A DNA stretch of 36,431 bases. It comes from Armatimonadota bacterium. GTDB lineage: Bacteria; Armatimonadota; UBA5829; DTLH01. Shown piece after piece: positions 25,325 to 35,576 of the stretch (positions are counted from its first letter, which is position 1; the number at the start of each line of letters is the position of its first letter). A program made the position numbers and the translations under genes. The stretch spans positions 1 to 36,431 of the forward strand of contig JBDKUN010000016.1 of the NCBI GenBank assembly GCA_039679675.1, read 5' to 3'. The notes under the pieces were generated by a model. It was not told where the DNA came from, did no database searches, and was given only the letters and a program-made list of their open reading frames with translations.

Positions 25325-27190
25325 TCAGTCAGTCCAGGACGCCCGGCGGTCGGCCAGTCTTCTGTCCAGTTTGCCAAGAATTCGCTTGCGGAACCTAAGC
25401 GCATCCGGCGTGACTTCCAGAAGCTCGTCCTCACCGATGAACGACAGCGCCTGCTCGAGCATGAACTGTTTCGGCGGGGTAATGAGCACCGTCGCATCTT
25501 CCGTGGAAGAACGCATATTTGTCTTGTTCTTCGCCTTCGTAATGTTTACGACCATATCCTCAGAGCGGGAGTTCTCGCCGACGATCTGGCCTTCATAGAC
25601 CTCGTCTCCTGGCGCAACAAAGAACGTCGCTCTCTCCTGCAGCGGGGCGATAGCATAAGCTGTGGCACGCCCAGTCTCTTTGGCAATCAGGCTGCCATGT
25701 GTCCGGGTGGTGATCTCTCCTCGGTACGGCCCGTACTCTTTGAAAAGCCTCGACATCAGCCCAAGCCCCTTTGTCCAGGTCAGAAAATCCGTCCGAAGGC
25801 CGATGAGCCCACGGGTCGGTACCTCGAAGATAATGCGGTTTGTCCCGACTTCATCTTTGCTCATCGAGACAATTTCGCCCTTACGCGCGGAAACTTCCTG
25901 GATGATGATCCCTACCGCATCGTCGTTAATGTCAATAGTGAGCTCTTCGATAGGCTCGCAGAGGACTCCATTGATCTTCTTTGTAATGGCCTTGGGCTTG
26001 CTGACAGCGACTTCGTAGCTCTCGCGGCGCATAGTCTCAAGCAGAATAGCGAGCTGGAGCTCACCGCGCCCAGATACACGCAGGGCATCAGGGCTATCGG
26101 TCGGTGCAACCCGAAGGCTGACGTTCGTCTTGACCTCTCGTTTCAGCCTGTTGGAGATGTTCCGCATGGTGACATACTTACCGCTCTTGCCGGCCCAGGG
26201 GCTGTTATTCACTATAAAATCCATAGAAACAGTCGGCTCATCTATGTGAATAAGGTCGAGAGCTTCTGGTTGCTCCGCATCGGCTATTGTTTCGCCGATC
26301 TGGACTTCATCGCAGCCGGCCAGAAGTACAATTTCGCCGGCTCCGGCTTCTTCGACTTCGATTCTCTTCAATCCATCATAGATGAAGACCCTCGTTACGG
26401 CAAAAGTGTTCTGAGTGCCATCGCGCTTTATGATGGCCACCGTCTCACCCTTTGACACTGATCCGCGGAGGATCTTTCCTCCGAACATCCTGCCGAGGTG
26501 ATCGTCGTAGTCCAAGCTGGTAACCTGGAGCTGGAACGGTTTGTCCGGCTCGACCATAGGCGGCGGCACATGCTTGAGGATCATCTTAAAGAGAGGATCG
26601 ATGTCTTTCGGTTTATCTGCCGGGTCGAGGACGGCATAGCCCTCCACACCGGAGGCGAAAAGATATGGAAATTCGAGCTGAGACTCATCGCACCCAAGCT
26701 CGATGAAAAGATCTAATACTTCGTCTACGACTTCCCAGGGCCGTGCGCCGGGGCGGTCGATTTTGTTGATGACCACAATCGGCTTGAGCTTTTGTTCAAG
26801 AGCTTTTTTGAGAACGAACCGGGTCTGGGGCATTGGGCCTTCGCATGCATCGACCAGGAGCAGAACGCCGTCTACCGAACGAAGAATCCGCTCGACTTCA
26901 CCTCCGAAGTCCGAGTGGCCGGGGGTGTCGACAATGTTGATCTTCGTGCCCTTGTAGTGGACTGCTGTTACTTTCGAGAGAATGGTTATACCTTTCTCTC
27001 TCTCAAGATCGTTTGAGTCCATTACGCGTTCAGCGACTACCTGATTGCTGCGGAATGTGCCGCTTTGGCGCAGGATGACATCGACGAGTGTCGTTTTCCC
27101 GTGATCTACGTGCGCTATGATCGCAATGTTGCGGATATTGTTATGGCTGTATGCCGGGAACGAATTGATATTTTCTTCTGCTATGCCCAA
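25325..27190 (-). CDS. typA: Translational GTPase TypA/BipA
   Basis: [48 protein letters not shown] and ELLEVTP. Confidence 0.97.
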   Translation of the reverse strand: MGIAEENINSFPAYSHNNIRNIAIIAHVDHGKTTLVDVILRQSGTFRSNQVVAERVMDSNDLEREKGITILSKVTAVHYKGTKINIVDTPGHSDFGGEVERILRSVDGVLLLVDACEGPMPQTRFVLKKALEQKLKPIVVINKIDRPGARPWEVVDEVLDLFIELGCDESQLEFPYLFASGVEGYAVLDPADKPKDIDPLFKMILKHVPPPMVEPDKPFQLQVTSLDYDDHLGRMFGGKILRGSVSKGETVAIIKRDGTQNTFAVTRVFIYDGLKRIEVEEAGAGEIVLLAGCDEVQIGETIADAEQPEALDLIHIDEPTVSMDFIVNNSPWAGKSGKYVTMRNISNRLKREVKTNVSLRVAPTDSPDALRVSGRGELQLAILLETMRRESYEVAVSKPKAITKKINGVLCEPIEELTIDINDDAVGIIIQEVSARKGEIVSMSKDEVGTNRIIFEVPTRGLIGLRTDFLTWTKGLGLMSRLFKEYGPYRGEITTRTHGSLIAKETGRATAYAIAPLQERATFFVAPGDEVYEGQIVGENSRSEDMVVNITKAKNKTNMRSSTEDATVLITPPKQFMLEQALSFIGEDELLEVTPDALRFRKRILGKLDRRLADRRASWTD

Positions 27191-27208
27191 TGTTCTTCTC
27201 GTAGACGC

Positions 27209-27301
27209 AAAAAACGGCCAAGCTCCACTTGCGAACCCGGCCGCTGTTGTTTGCTTGAATTATGACGCTTTAATTATAGCATGAGGTGCGGCTACGGTCA
27301 A
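27209..27301 (-). promoter_or_regulatory. typA promoter and leader hairpin with U-tract
   Basis: TTGACC-17 nt-TATAAT (27301-27273). Stem CGGCCGGGTTC/GAGCTTGGCCG + T6 (27243-27209). Confidence 0.7.
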
Positions 27302-27302
27302 A

Positions 27303-28058
27303 TTAGCTGCTGATAACGGTTTTTCCCCTAGACCACTTCAGGTCCATGAAAAACGATGATAAGATCAGACATAGACAGGCGAGGAGCGAGATTTCCGTCG
27401 CGGGGTCTGTTGCTATGGGGCTGAAAAACTCCAATGTGATAGACGGCAAAAGCGTCCCCGCCATGAATATATCGTAGTCCAGGACCAGCAGCCTGAATCC
27501 GAAATTAGCTATTGTAATAACCACAGCCAATACTGCAGCAGCGGTAATTCCGGGCCATATTCTTCCGAAAAGCCTGCTTCTGTAGGCGATTACTCCGCAC
27601 ACCACCGCACAAAGGACTATAGTAATAGCTTCAGTGACGAATATACTGCCATTCTGCCGGCGGGCTATTGCATCTGGAAGCAGTGGGGTCAAAAATTGGC
27701 TTGATTGCTTGGGACCCACTTCGGTAATAGGGAAGAATTTAATCGCATCATTATTCAGAAAGTTTGCCATTGAGCTTCGAAGTAAGGACAATACCGTAAG
27801 CAGCATAAGCCCGGTCAGCCCCCACACAATAGAAGCCTTCACTGATCTTTCTTTATTGCCATCGCAGTGGCGGAATACCCTGTTCAGCGCGAATGGGATG
27901 CTGAGGAGGACGATATACTTGGCGACAGACGTAAAAACCCACATTGCGTCATCCAACCGACTTCCGCAGGGAGAATTCATATCGGTCAGAGCAGCATGTG
28001 TCCACCATACAGCGGTAGCTGTAATAGATATGATCAGCGGAACCAGCCATTTTCTCAT
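27303..28058 (-). CDS. Multi-pass membrane protein, unknown function
   Basis: 251 aa with about 6 hydrophobic segments, AGGAG RBS. Confidence 0.75.
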   Translation of the reverse strand: MRKWLVPLIISITATAVWWTHAALTDMNSPCGSRLDDAMWVFTSVAKYIVLLSIPFALNRVFRHCDGNKERSVKASIVWGLTGLMLLTVLSLLRSSMANFLNNDAIKFFPITEVGPKQSSQFLTPLLPDAIARRQNGSIFVTEAITIVLCAVVCGVIAYRSRLFGRIWPGITAAAVLAVVITIANFGFRLLVLDYDIFMAGTLLPSITLEFFSPIATDPATEISLLACLCLILSSFFMDLKWSRGKTVISS

Positions 28059-28192
28059 CAGTAAGCTCCTTTTCGAAAGATCGACTGCAGCTCAGGCATT
28101 TTGTTTATTATACGTGAACAATCAGGCTTCAAGTTCCTCGTCTTTGCTCTTTTACAGGGCTCATACATCTTATTTCGAAGCGGTATCAAAGA

Positions 28193-28411
28193 TTCTAAAT
28201 CGCGAAGCATTGTTAAATTCTCGACACCTACGGCGTCGGCTTCGGCAGCAAGCGGTCCGAAGCAAGCTTCCAAAATTGGTGCTTAAAAGTAGATGCTTTA
28301 AGTCTCTACCATTCGTGAAATCCGTTAAATCCGCGTAATTCGCGTTTCAAAATGACGGATAGTGGATGCCGATAGAAAAGCGGAAGCTGACGCTTCCGCA
28401 CTCCAAAGAAA
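28193..28411 (-). repeat. Intact (empty) composite REP/MITE-like element
   Basis: Both arms seen at 14438-14552 and 18216-18288 occur here in the same relative order and orientation, separated by only 22 nt (28267-28288). Confidence 0.88.
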
Positions 28412-28506
28412 TTCCCTCATTTAGATGCGTTTGACCTTCGCTCTTTTATGTGAGGGTAAAGATACTGTATTATTATGGAGAACAGGAAGAGAAAGGGATT
28501 TGCAAA

Positions 28507-28701
28507 ATGGCGGTACCACGAAGAGATGAAATAAGGCCGGGGCTTTCGGTCTGTATAGTCGAGAAGCAGAACCAGCCCACAGGTAAGCTGACGGAAGGCA
28601 CGGTTGCCCGTATCCTTACCAAAAGTCCCGCGCATCCTCATGGGATCAAGGTGATGCTGACGGACGGAAAGGTTGGGCGTGTCCAGTCGATAATTTCATA
28701 A
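28507..28701 (+). CDS. YwbE-family (DUF2196) small protein
   Basis: IRPGLSV.IVEKQNQPTGKLTEGTVARILTKSPAHPHGIKVML.DG.VGRVQ. Confidence 0.9.
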   Translation: MAVPRRDEIRPGLSVCIVEKQNQPTGKLTEGTVARILTKSPAHPHGIKVMLTDGKVGRVQSIIS

Positions 28702-28709
28702 GTCTCTCA

Positions 28710-28940
28710 TTAATTGTTTTGGTCGAGCACATCGCTCGTATCGCTTCGGTGGGCGGTTTCGCGTTTGATGAAGTTCTTTGCAGCGGGTGATGTTATCGCC
28801 GATGATCTTTCAAGCGCTTGGAGCCGCTCGGCCTGTGTCTGTGAGTCTGCCTGTGTATGGTTGAGATTCATAACCGCCATTCCGAGAAATACCCCGACAG
28901 TAAGAAGCAGCATCAGATAAACAGCATATTTTGTATTCAT
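28710..28940 (-). CDS. Small membrane-anchored hypothetical protein
   Basis: N-terminal TM helix, GAAAGGGA RBS-like sequence. Confidence 0.6.
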   Translation of the reverse strand: MNTKYAVYLMLLLTVGVFLGMAVMNLNHTQADSQTQAERLQALERSSAITSPAAKNFIKRETAHRSDTSDVLDQNN

Positions 28941-29161
28941 TATTCGATCATCCCTTTCCAGCATAGTCCACAAAGATCTTATTCCATATTCTGTTGATTG
29001 CTCGAAATTGCGAGCGTATGTTGAATTTGCTGGTTCTTGACAATGAAACAGAAGGAAGATTCGTGGCGAATGTCGAACGGTTTCATAATGATTGTCTGCC
29101 GCTGTATTCCGAACATTGAGTGCCGCAGGCGCACCAATTATACCTTTGGAGGTGTACCAGA

Positions 29162-30970
29162 ATGATATGTCCGCAGTGTGGTAAGGAGTTTACCGACGAC
29201 ACACTTCACTGCCCCTATTGTGGGGCGGACGCCGGGCCGGTCGACACATGCAAACCGGAAGACGAATGCAGTACCGATGTTGCAGGCGCAAGTGAGCCAT
29301 GTTGCTGTTCCGCTGCAGGCAAAGAGACAGTATATAAGAAACGCCGCCCGCGAAACCGGCTGAAGGTAGCCGTCGCACTGCTCTTGATCCTCGCTGGTGC
29401 TGTTGCTATCGGTTATTACAAGTTAAGCCGCAGTCCTGAAATGGATGCGATGATACCTGAAAGCTGTCCGATGTTCGTATCGAGTGACGCATCCTGGTGG
29501 TGGGAAGCGGCTGAGGATGTCAGGATGGTCCCTGAAGTGCAGAAAGGCATGAAGCAGATTGAGAAGGAGCTTGGGCTGACATTCGAGAAAGACTTGACCC
29601 CGTGGATGGGCCGGATGACTTTTGCCGTTCTCGAAGTAAAGCCGAATAGCCCCAGTTTCGCTGTAATCGCTGAAATTCGGGACGATGATGCTTTTAAAAG
29701 ATGCCTTGACAAGCTGAGCGCCCGCGCGGAACGCGACACAGGCATGCAGTGGAAAAAGGTTGAATACGATGGCGTCAAAATGCGCCAGTTGGACATTTCA
29801 GGCCAGATCTCACCTGTGACCGTTGCGATAATAAGAGGATATGTCGTCTGCGGAATCGGACCCGGTTCTGCGCAGGCAGTAGTAGATGTGTGGAAGGGAC
29901 GTAAACCTTCGATCAAGAGCGATCCTGTCTGGGCACGTGCACTTGAGGCGCTGCCGGAAGATTCCGTCGTTCGTATTGCATATAATACCGATGCCATTAT
30001 GAAAAATGTCTCGCAAGCTGATCCTACCGGGTCGGTTCGCATCCCGGAGTCCGCCAGGAATCTGATAGTCTGCGCGTTTACGGAAGGTGATGGATCGCTC
30101 AGGGTAGACACTGTTTCCGTTGCAAAGAGCGAGGAAGCGAAGAAGGCGCTCCGCGAGGTCAAAGGCAAGATGGGCAGTATCGATGGCCGGTCCGTAAAGC
30201 AGTTACCTGACGGCACTTTTGCCGTGGTGGTGACATCCAACCCCGGATATATAGTAGATAATCTTCGAAAAGGCCTGCTCGATATGTTCGGTAATTCTCA
30301 AGTCCGAATGATGATGGAGCAGAGCTTTGCTGAGGCACAGCCGGTCTTCGACACACTCCATCGCTGCACCGGCGAATGCGCCGCAGCCCTCACTTATCGC
30401 GACGGAGACGGTTTCGGCGCGGTTGTAGTGGGCGAGACGAAGGATAAAGTAAGCTCTAAGGCTTCAGTTAAAGAGTTGGTATCGTTTATTGAGGGTAATG
30501 GCGCGAAAACATCGCAGAACGCGGGACTGGCAACATTTACGGATGCAAAAGTGGATGAGACAAATGTCCATGTGCTGCCTTGCCTGGGATCAAAAGACAA
30601 GTGGCTGGTGTTCGGCACCCATCCCACCTGGATTACGAGCACTGTCAAGACCGACCTCAAGCTGCCTTCTAACCTGAAGGATGTTCAGTTTGCCGGAGCG
30701 GGTAATTTCAAGTTCATCCCGTCCGTTATCAAGTGGGCAGAGCGAGAGTCAAAGGGTGATATTTCCAGTTACAAGGTTATAGGTTTCATTCGCCAGCTAA
30801 AACTGGAAAATGCAACCTGGACGGCCTGGTCGAAAATCGATCCAGAGCAGGGTATGGGCCAGAGCGTGATGATCCTGCAGGGGTGGGACTGGCGGCAGGG
30901 ACTCAAGTCCGCGATGAGCTTCATTCAGGAAGATCAGAAAGCGAAGACCGGCGGCAGTGTCATTAACTGA
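29162..30970 (+). CDS. Zinc-ribbon + TM + DUF3352-like domain protein
   Basis: GGAGG RBS, MICPQCG..HCPYCG, TM helix and LGLTFEKDLTPWMG motif. Confidence 0.8.
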   Translation: MICPQCGKEFTDDTLHCPYCGADAGPVDTCKPEDECSTDVAGASEPCCCSAAGKETVYKKRRPRNRLKVAVALLLILAGAVAIGYYKLSRSPEMDAMIPESCPMFVSSDASWWWEAAEDVRMVPEVQKGMKQIEKELGLTFEKDLTPWMGRMTFAVLEVKPNSPSFAVIAEIRDDDAFKRCLDKLSARAERDTGMQWKKVEYDGVKMRQLDISGQISPVTVAIIRGYVVCGIGPGSAQAVVDVWKGRKPSIKSDPVWARALEALPEDSVVRIAYNTDAIMKNVSQADPTGSVRIPESARNLIVCAFTEGDGSLRVDTVSVAKSEEAKKALREVKGKMGSIDGRSVKQLPDGTFAVVVTSNPGYIVDNLRKGLLDMFGNSQVRMMMEQSFAEAQPVFDTLHRCTGECAAALTYRDGDGFGAVVVGETKDKVSSKASVKELVSFIEGNGAKTSQNAGLATFTDAKVDETNVHVLPCLGSKDKWLVFGTHPTWITSTVKTDLKLPSNLKDVQFAGAGNFKFIPSVIKWAERESKGDISSYKVIGFIRQLKLENATWTAWSKIDPEQGMGQSVMILQGWDWRQGLKSAMSFIQEDQKAKTGGSVIN

Positions 30971-31088
30971 AAGACGGGCATGATACTTGATGGGGCAGGG
31001 AGTCCGTACTTGCTCCATATTTCCCATATTTCTAGCTGGTATAGATGGATATGTGCAGGATTTCCCGGACGATCATGAGGTGAAAGAT

Positions 31089-32009
31089 ATGAGAATACGT
31101 CTTAGGTTTTTCATTACGGCAGTAGTCACAGGCGTTATGCTTACAGGCATTTGCTACGGACAGGATTCTTTACAAGAGAAGATTGGAAGCTTGCACTTGA
31201 AGAAGAATTGCTCCGAGAACGAAATTGAAGAGTATAAAGCAAAGCTTCATGAGCTTCTGGATGAGTACAAGACCCCCCAAGAAGAGGCAATCATATACGA
31301 TAGACTGATACGTTGTTGGATGCGGTACGATAGTAAGAAAAAAGGAAAAGAAAAGGAGTATCTGGAATATTGCAAAAAATATTTTGCTTGTAAGGCAGAG
31401 ATTAGTCCTGATATTAGTCCTGACATCTATTATGATGATATGAGAGATAAGTGCGGTATATATTGGAAAATGTCTGACATCTTGTATCGTATGGATTCGC
31501 TTACAACACCAACTGGCTCCGGATGTACTGATGCTGCCGGCAGGAAATCAGCGGTAGTGCCACTATTACAAGAGCTTAAGATGCTTTTAGACAACAACAT
31601 ACCGGATAGCAAGGAACTTCTTGAGCCTATTCCATATGATGAGATATGGAACGAGGTATTCAAGGGGATTAGCCGCAGTGATTACAACAGGTTTTCTATG
31701 TTTGCGATACCTTCTGAGTTTGAAGGGGAGCCTGGTAAGTATGAGAAGATAAAAGAAGCAGATAGAATCTATCGAGAGCGTATAAATGTCTGCATACTTG
31801 GCTTATATTCTAGGGAATATTTGGTGCGTAATAAGAAATGGGCTATATATGATATCGAGGATTACTACACTCGAAAGCCATATAACACTGAAGAACTACA
31901 GAAACTGGCAACTGATATCCTAAAAGATAAAGCTGTAGTATCGGGCATCGTTGCAGAAGTGAAAAAGCATATCGCAAACGGGACGACACCGCAGTCGGAT
32001 TTGGATTGA
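31089..32009 (+). CDS. Secreted helical hypothetical protein, tandem paralog 1
   Basis: GAGGTG RBS, signal peptide MRIRLRFFITAVVTGVMLTGICYG. Paralogous to 32063-32956. Confidence 0.8.
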   Translation: MRIRLRFFITAVVTGVMLTGICYGQDSLQEKIGSLHLKKNCSENEIEEYKAKLHELLDEYKTPQEEAIIYDRLIRCWMRYDSKKKGKEKEYLEYCKKYFACKAEISPDISPDIYYDDMRDKCGIYWKMSDILYRMDSLTTPTGSGCTDAAGRKSAVVPLLQELKMLLDNNIPDSKELLEPIPYDEIWNEVFKGISRSDYNRFSMFAIPSEFEGEPGKYEKIKEADRIYRERINVCILGLYSREYLVRNKKWAIYDIEDYYTRKPYNTEELQKLATDILKDKAVVSGIVAEVKKHIANGTTPQSDLD

Positions 32010-32062
32010 TAAATATCGTTTCAGCTAAGACTCTTTAGAATAGATGGTTTGAGGTGAAAGAT

Positions 32063-32956
32063 ATGAGAATACATCTTAGGTTTTTCATTACGGCAGTAGC
32101 TCTAGGAATCATATTTATAGGCATCACAGGAATCAGTTATGGGCAGAACTCAATAAGTGAAATAAGCACACAGATATTTAAGATGCGCCCTAAAGCTGAT
32201 TGCAATGAGGCTGAAATGCAGGAGTTCAAGATGAATATCTTAGGGCTTTTAGATGAGTATGAGTCTCCTGATGTGAAGTCATTCATCTATTATATGCTTG
32301 TGAGAGATTGTTGGTCTCAGTATGATAGAAAGAAAAGGGGAACCGAAAAGGAATATTTGGAATACTGCAATGGGGCTTTGGATTGTCCTGACCGACCTTG
32401 TAATATGTGGTATAAATGCTACATCTATGATGTAATGTCTGATATATTGAGTAACCGTGACTCTCATACTGGGCAGGATACTATAGATCCTATCGGTAGG
32501 AAGTCAGTGGTAGTGCCAAAACTGAAAGCCTATAGGATGCTGTTGGATAACGGCATACCTGATAAAAAGTCCCTGCTCAAGCCTGTTCCATATGATGAGA
32601 TATGGAATGAAGTATTCAAGGGGTTTAGCCGTAGTGATTATGACAGGTTTATATTTGCGAGTCGAGATGGATTTGATCCTGATGAGTATACCAGGCTTCA
32701 AGAGGCAAATAGAATCTACGAAAAACGGGTAGGCGACTACCAAGATGAACTATCCCATAAAGAGTATTTGGTGAGCCTGAAACTACAGATTAGATATAAT
32801 ATCGAGTATTACTACACTCAAAAGCCATATAATACTGAAGAACTACAGAAACTGGCAACTGATATCCTAAAAGATAAGGCTGTAGTATCAGACATCATTG
32901 CAAAAGTAAAAAAGCATATCGCAAACGGGACGACACCACAGTTGGATTGGGATTGA
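32063..32956 (+). CDS. Secreted helical hypothetical protein, tandem paralog 2
   Basis: Same RBS and signal start, near-identical C-terminus KPYNTEELQKLATDILKDKAVVS..KKHIANGTTPQ. Confidence 0.8.
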   Translation: MRIHLRFFITAVALGIIFIGITGISYGQNSISEISTQIFKMRPKADCNEAEMQEFKMNILGLLDEYESPDVKSFIYYMLVRDCWSQYDRKKRGTEKEYLEYCNGALDCPDRPCNMWYKCYIYDVMSDILSNRDSHTGQDTIDPIGRKSVVVPKLKAYRMLLDNGIPDKKSLLKPVPYDEIWNEVFKGFSRSDYDRFIFASRDGFDPDEYTRLQEANRIYEKRVGDYQDELSHKEYLVSLKLQIRYNIEYYYTQKPYNTEELQKLATDILKDKAVVSDIIAKVKKHIANGTTPQLDWD

Positions 32957-33043
32957 TAAATATCGTTTCAGCTAAGACTCTTTAGAATAGTTTTTTACAC
33001 TGCGTGAACGATGGGATTGCCTCGTTCCCGCAGCTAATTAATA

Positions 33044-33547
33044 CTACTCACTTACCCTGCACTCAATGATTTCGCCGATATACATCCTGTGGTAATCTTT
33101 CTCCGGGTAGTTTTTCTCAATTGACGGGTCAATGAAGTTTTTCGGGTCTATGTCTTGGAAGTAGAGCTTCTCGCACTCGATCACAAGTCTTGCTTCGGCA
33201 AAGCATGTGGTTCCCGGCGTGCTTCCGGCTGCCGGAGTAAGCCCTGTTTCAGCCGCTTTGTCTACATCCTTGCCTGAGTTCGCGCCGCAGAATGAAAGCG
33301 CGTCTCGATACTTTTCGTCGAAAAACGAGAGGGTGAAGTTCCCGGCTTTCTCCACAAACTCGCGGGTGTATCTCGTCGGGCGGATGACGCAGAAGCAGAC
33401 GTCCTTATTCCAGAGCACACCGAAGCCGCCCCAACTGGCCGTCATGGTATTGTATGAATTGGGTGTTCCTGCCGTGATGAGCATCCAATCTGAGCCGATA
33501 AGTTTGAAAACGTTGTCCTTCAGTTCTTCCGGTTTGATCTTCTTCAT
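33044..33547 (-). CDS. Flavin reductase-like (flavoredoxin family) protein
   Basis: WMLITAG..NTMTASWGG, RPTRYT, SGKDVDK and YHRMYIGEI. Confidence 0.9.
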   Translation of the reverse strand: MKKIKPEELKDNVFKLIGSDWMLITAGTPNSYNTMTASWGGFGVLWNKDVCFCVIRPTRYTREFVEKAGNFTLSFFDEKYRDALSFCGANSGKDVDKAAETGLTPAAGSTPGTTCFAEARLVIECEKLYFQDIDPKNFIDPSIEKNYPEKDYHRMYIGEIIECRVSE

Positions 33548-35493
33548 TCTCTGCTCCCTTCCAACTGGCTTGCAATCTCGTCTTCCAGTTCAGCCACCTG
33601 GCTGCATGTTGTTTCCCACTCTCTGTAGAAAGTATCCAATTTAGCCGCAAGCCCATCATATTCCTTCGTGAGCTCGCCCGCAGTGCCGTTTCGGTAGGTT
33701 TCTTCATCGGCGAGAGCCTCCGTAAGCTCACCCATGCGACCTTCAACCTGCTCGATGCCATGCTCAAGCTCCTTTTGCCGCTTCGAGAGCTCCTTTAACT
33801 GCCGCTCTTTTACCCTGAGCTGGGAACCGGCTGAACGCCTTGGTGCTGCAACCTGCTTTTTGACAGCAGCCGGGGTGGGGGAATGCTCTTCAGCAGGCTG
33901 CGTCTTCTCCCGATAGTCCGAATAGTTACCTAGATACCTCTCCCATGAGCCGTCTTTGATCTCGATTATATCCGTCGCGATGGCATCCAGAAGATACCTG
34001 TCATGCGAAGCTGTCAGTATAGTGCCGTTGAATGATTTTAGTGCCTCTTCTAGCGCTTCACGCGAGCGTATATCCAGGTGGTTCGTCGGCTCGTCCAGAA
34101 TCAATAAGTTCGGATGGTTCGCAAGGATTTTCGCGAGCGCCAGCCTGCACATTTCCCCGCCGGAAAGTACATTTACCCTCTTGAAGGCATCGTCACCCAT
34201 AAACAGAAACTGCGCCAGGAGGTCGCGAGCTTGACTTGATGTCAGATCGGCGTCCGCCAGGAGCTCTTCAATTACGGTCCGCTCCGGCACAAGATGATCG
34301 AACTCCTGGGCGAAGTAAACCGGCTGTACATTGTGCCCGAACTCGACAACGCCGTCATCTGCCTGCAGTTTATCTGCTAAAATCTTGAGAAGAGTCGTTT
34401 TGCCGCTCCCGTTCGGCCCGACTATCCCGATTTTGCGCCCGCGCTCGACCACGAAGTCCATTTCGCTGAAAAGTGGTTTATTGGGATAGTTCTTGCTGAG
34501 TTTTTTGATGCGTACGACATCCAGCCCGCTTCGTCCGGCAGGGGTCAGGTTGGTCTTGATGGTCATCCGCTCGCCGGGCTTGTGTACCCGCTCGATCCGG
34601 TTGAGCTGCTTTACCTTGTTGTCTCTCCGGCTGAACTTTCGGTTGCTGAAGAGCGTCTGGATGGCTGATTCTATCCGTGTGATCTCTTTTTGCTGGAGTT
34701 TATACTGTTTCCGCTGCTCCTCGATCCGCTCGGCCTTTTGCACGGCAAATGCGGAGTAGTTTCCGGTATAGGTAACGGTTGTTCCGAACTCGATTTCGAC
34801 TACTTTGCTTACAACTCTATCCAGAAAATACCTGTCATGGCTGACGACGAGTACTGCGCCAGGAAATTTGTCATTGATGAACGATTGGAGCCACTCACAA
34901 GCCTGAATATCCAGATGGTTAGTCGGTTCGTCCAGAAGAAGCATGTCCGGTGAGAGAAGCAGCAGCCGCGCAAGCGCCACCCGCATCTTCTGCCCGCCGC
35001 TAAGGGTGTGTACAGGCCTGTCCAGGTCTGATTCGGTGAAACCGAGGCCAAGAAGTATGCTTTTCGCCTTAATTTGGTAATCAAATCCGTGCAGGGTATC
35101 GAACCTGTGGCTGATCTCCGCGTATTTGCTGCCGAGTTCCTGAGATTCCTTCTCGGATGTTGTATGGGAAAGACGGGACTCTATATCGGCAAGCGTTGAG
35201 GCAGCGTCGAGCAGTTCCGGCGTGACACCCATGACTACGATCTGCAGCTGCGAAGTGCCCGGTAGATCGACTTCCTGCGGCAGATAGCCGACTGTCATGC
35301 CCGGTTCTTTCCCTATGTTGCCCGAATCAGCATCACTTTCACCGCAGATGATCCTGAGAAGCGTGGTTTTGCCGGTCCCATTGTCTCCGACGAGCGCAAC
35401 CCGCTCTTTCTCGTTGATGAAAAACGATACATCAGAGAAGAGCTCTCTTGGCCCGAAGGACTTTTTTAAGTTGGAGACTGTAATGACTGCCAT
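33544..35493 (-). CDS. ABC-F family ribosome-associated ATPase
   Basis: Two NBDs (GDNGTGKTT, GPNGSGKTT, LSGG, LDEPTNHLD, SHDRY), no TM segments, C-terminal coiled coil. Confidence 0.95.
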   Translation of the reverse strand: MAVITVSNLKKSFGPRELFSDVSFFINEKERVALVGDNGTGKTTLLRIICGESDADSGNIGKEPGMTVGYLPQEVDLPGTSQLQIVVMGVTPELLDAASTLADIESRLSHTTSEKESQELGSKYAEISHRFDTLHGFDYQIKAKSILLGLGFTESDLDRPVHTLSGGQKMRVALARLLLLSPDMLLLDEPTNHLDIQACEWLQSFINDKFPGAVLVVSHDRYFLDRVVSKVVEIEFGTTVTYTGNYSAFAVQKAERIEEQRKQYKLQQKEITRIESAIQTLFSNRKFSRRDNKVKQLNRIERVHKPGERMTIKTNLTPAGRSGLDVVRIKKLSKNYPNKPLFSEMDFVVERGRKIGIVGPNGSGKTTLLKILADKLQADDGVVEFGHNVQPVYFAQEFDHLVPERTVIEELLADADLTSSQARDLLAQFLFMGDDAFKRVNVLSGGEMCRLALAKILANHPNLLILDEPTNHLDIRSREALEEALKSFNGTILTASHDRYLLDAIATDIIEIKDGSWERYLGNYSDYREKTQPAEEHSPTPAAVKKQVAAPRRSAGSQLRVKERQLKELSKRQKELEHGIEQVEGRMGELTEALADEETYRNGTAGELTKEYDGLAAKLDTFYREWETTCSQVAELEDEIASQLEGSRE

Positions 35494-35501
35494 TTTACGC
35501 T

Positions 35502-35576
35502 AAAAAGCCGCGGGTTATTAAGCCCGCGGCGTGACTTCAGTAGATCAATTTTAACCCGAGGAGCGACCTGCGTCAA
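35502..35576 (-). promoter_or_regulatory. ABC-F promoter and leader hairpin with U-tract
   Basis: TTGACG-17 nt-TAAAAT (35576-35548). Stem GCCGCGGGCT/AACCCGCGGC + T5 ending 8 nt before the ATG. Confidence 0.65.

Noticed and set aside
28058..28338. Short ORFs spanning the 28.2-kb intergenic region
   Set aside because: They overlap the composite repeat and are better explained as non-coding repeat sequence.
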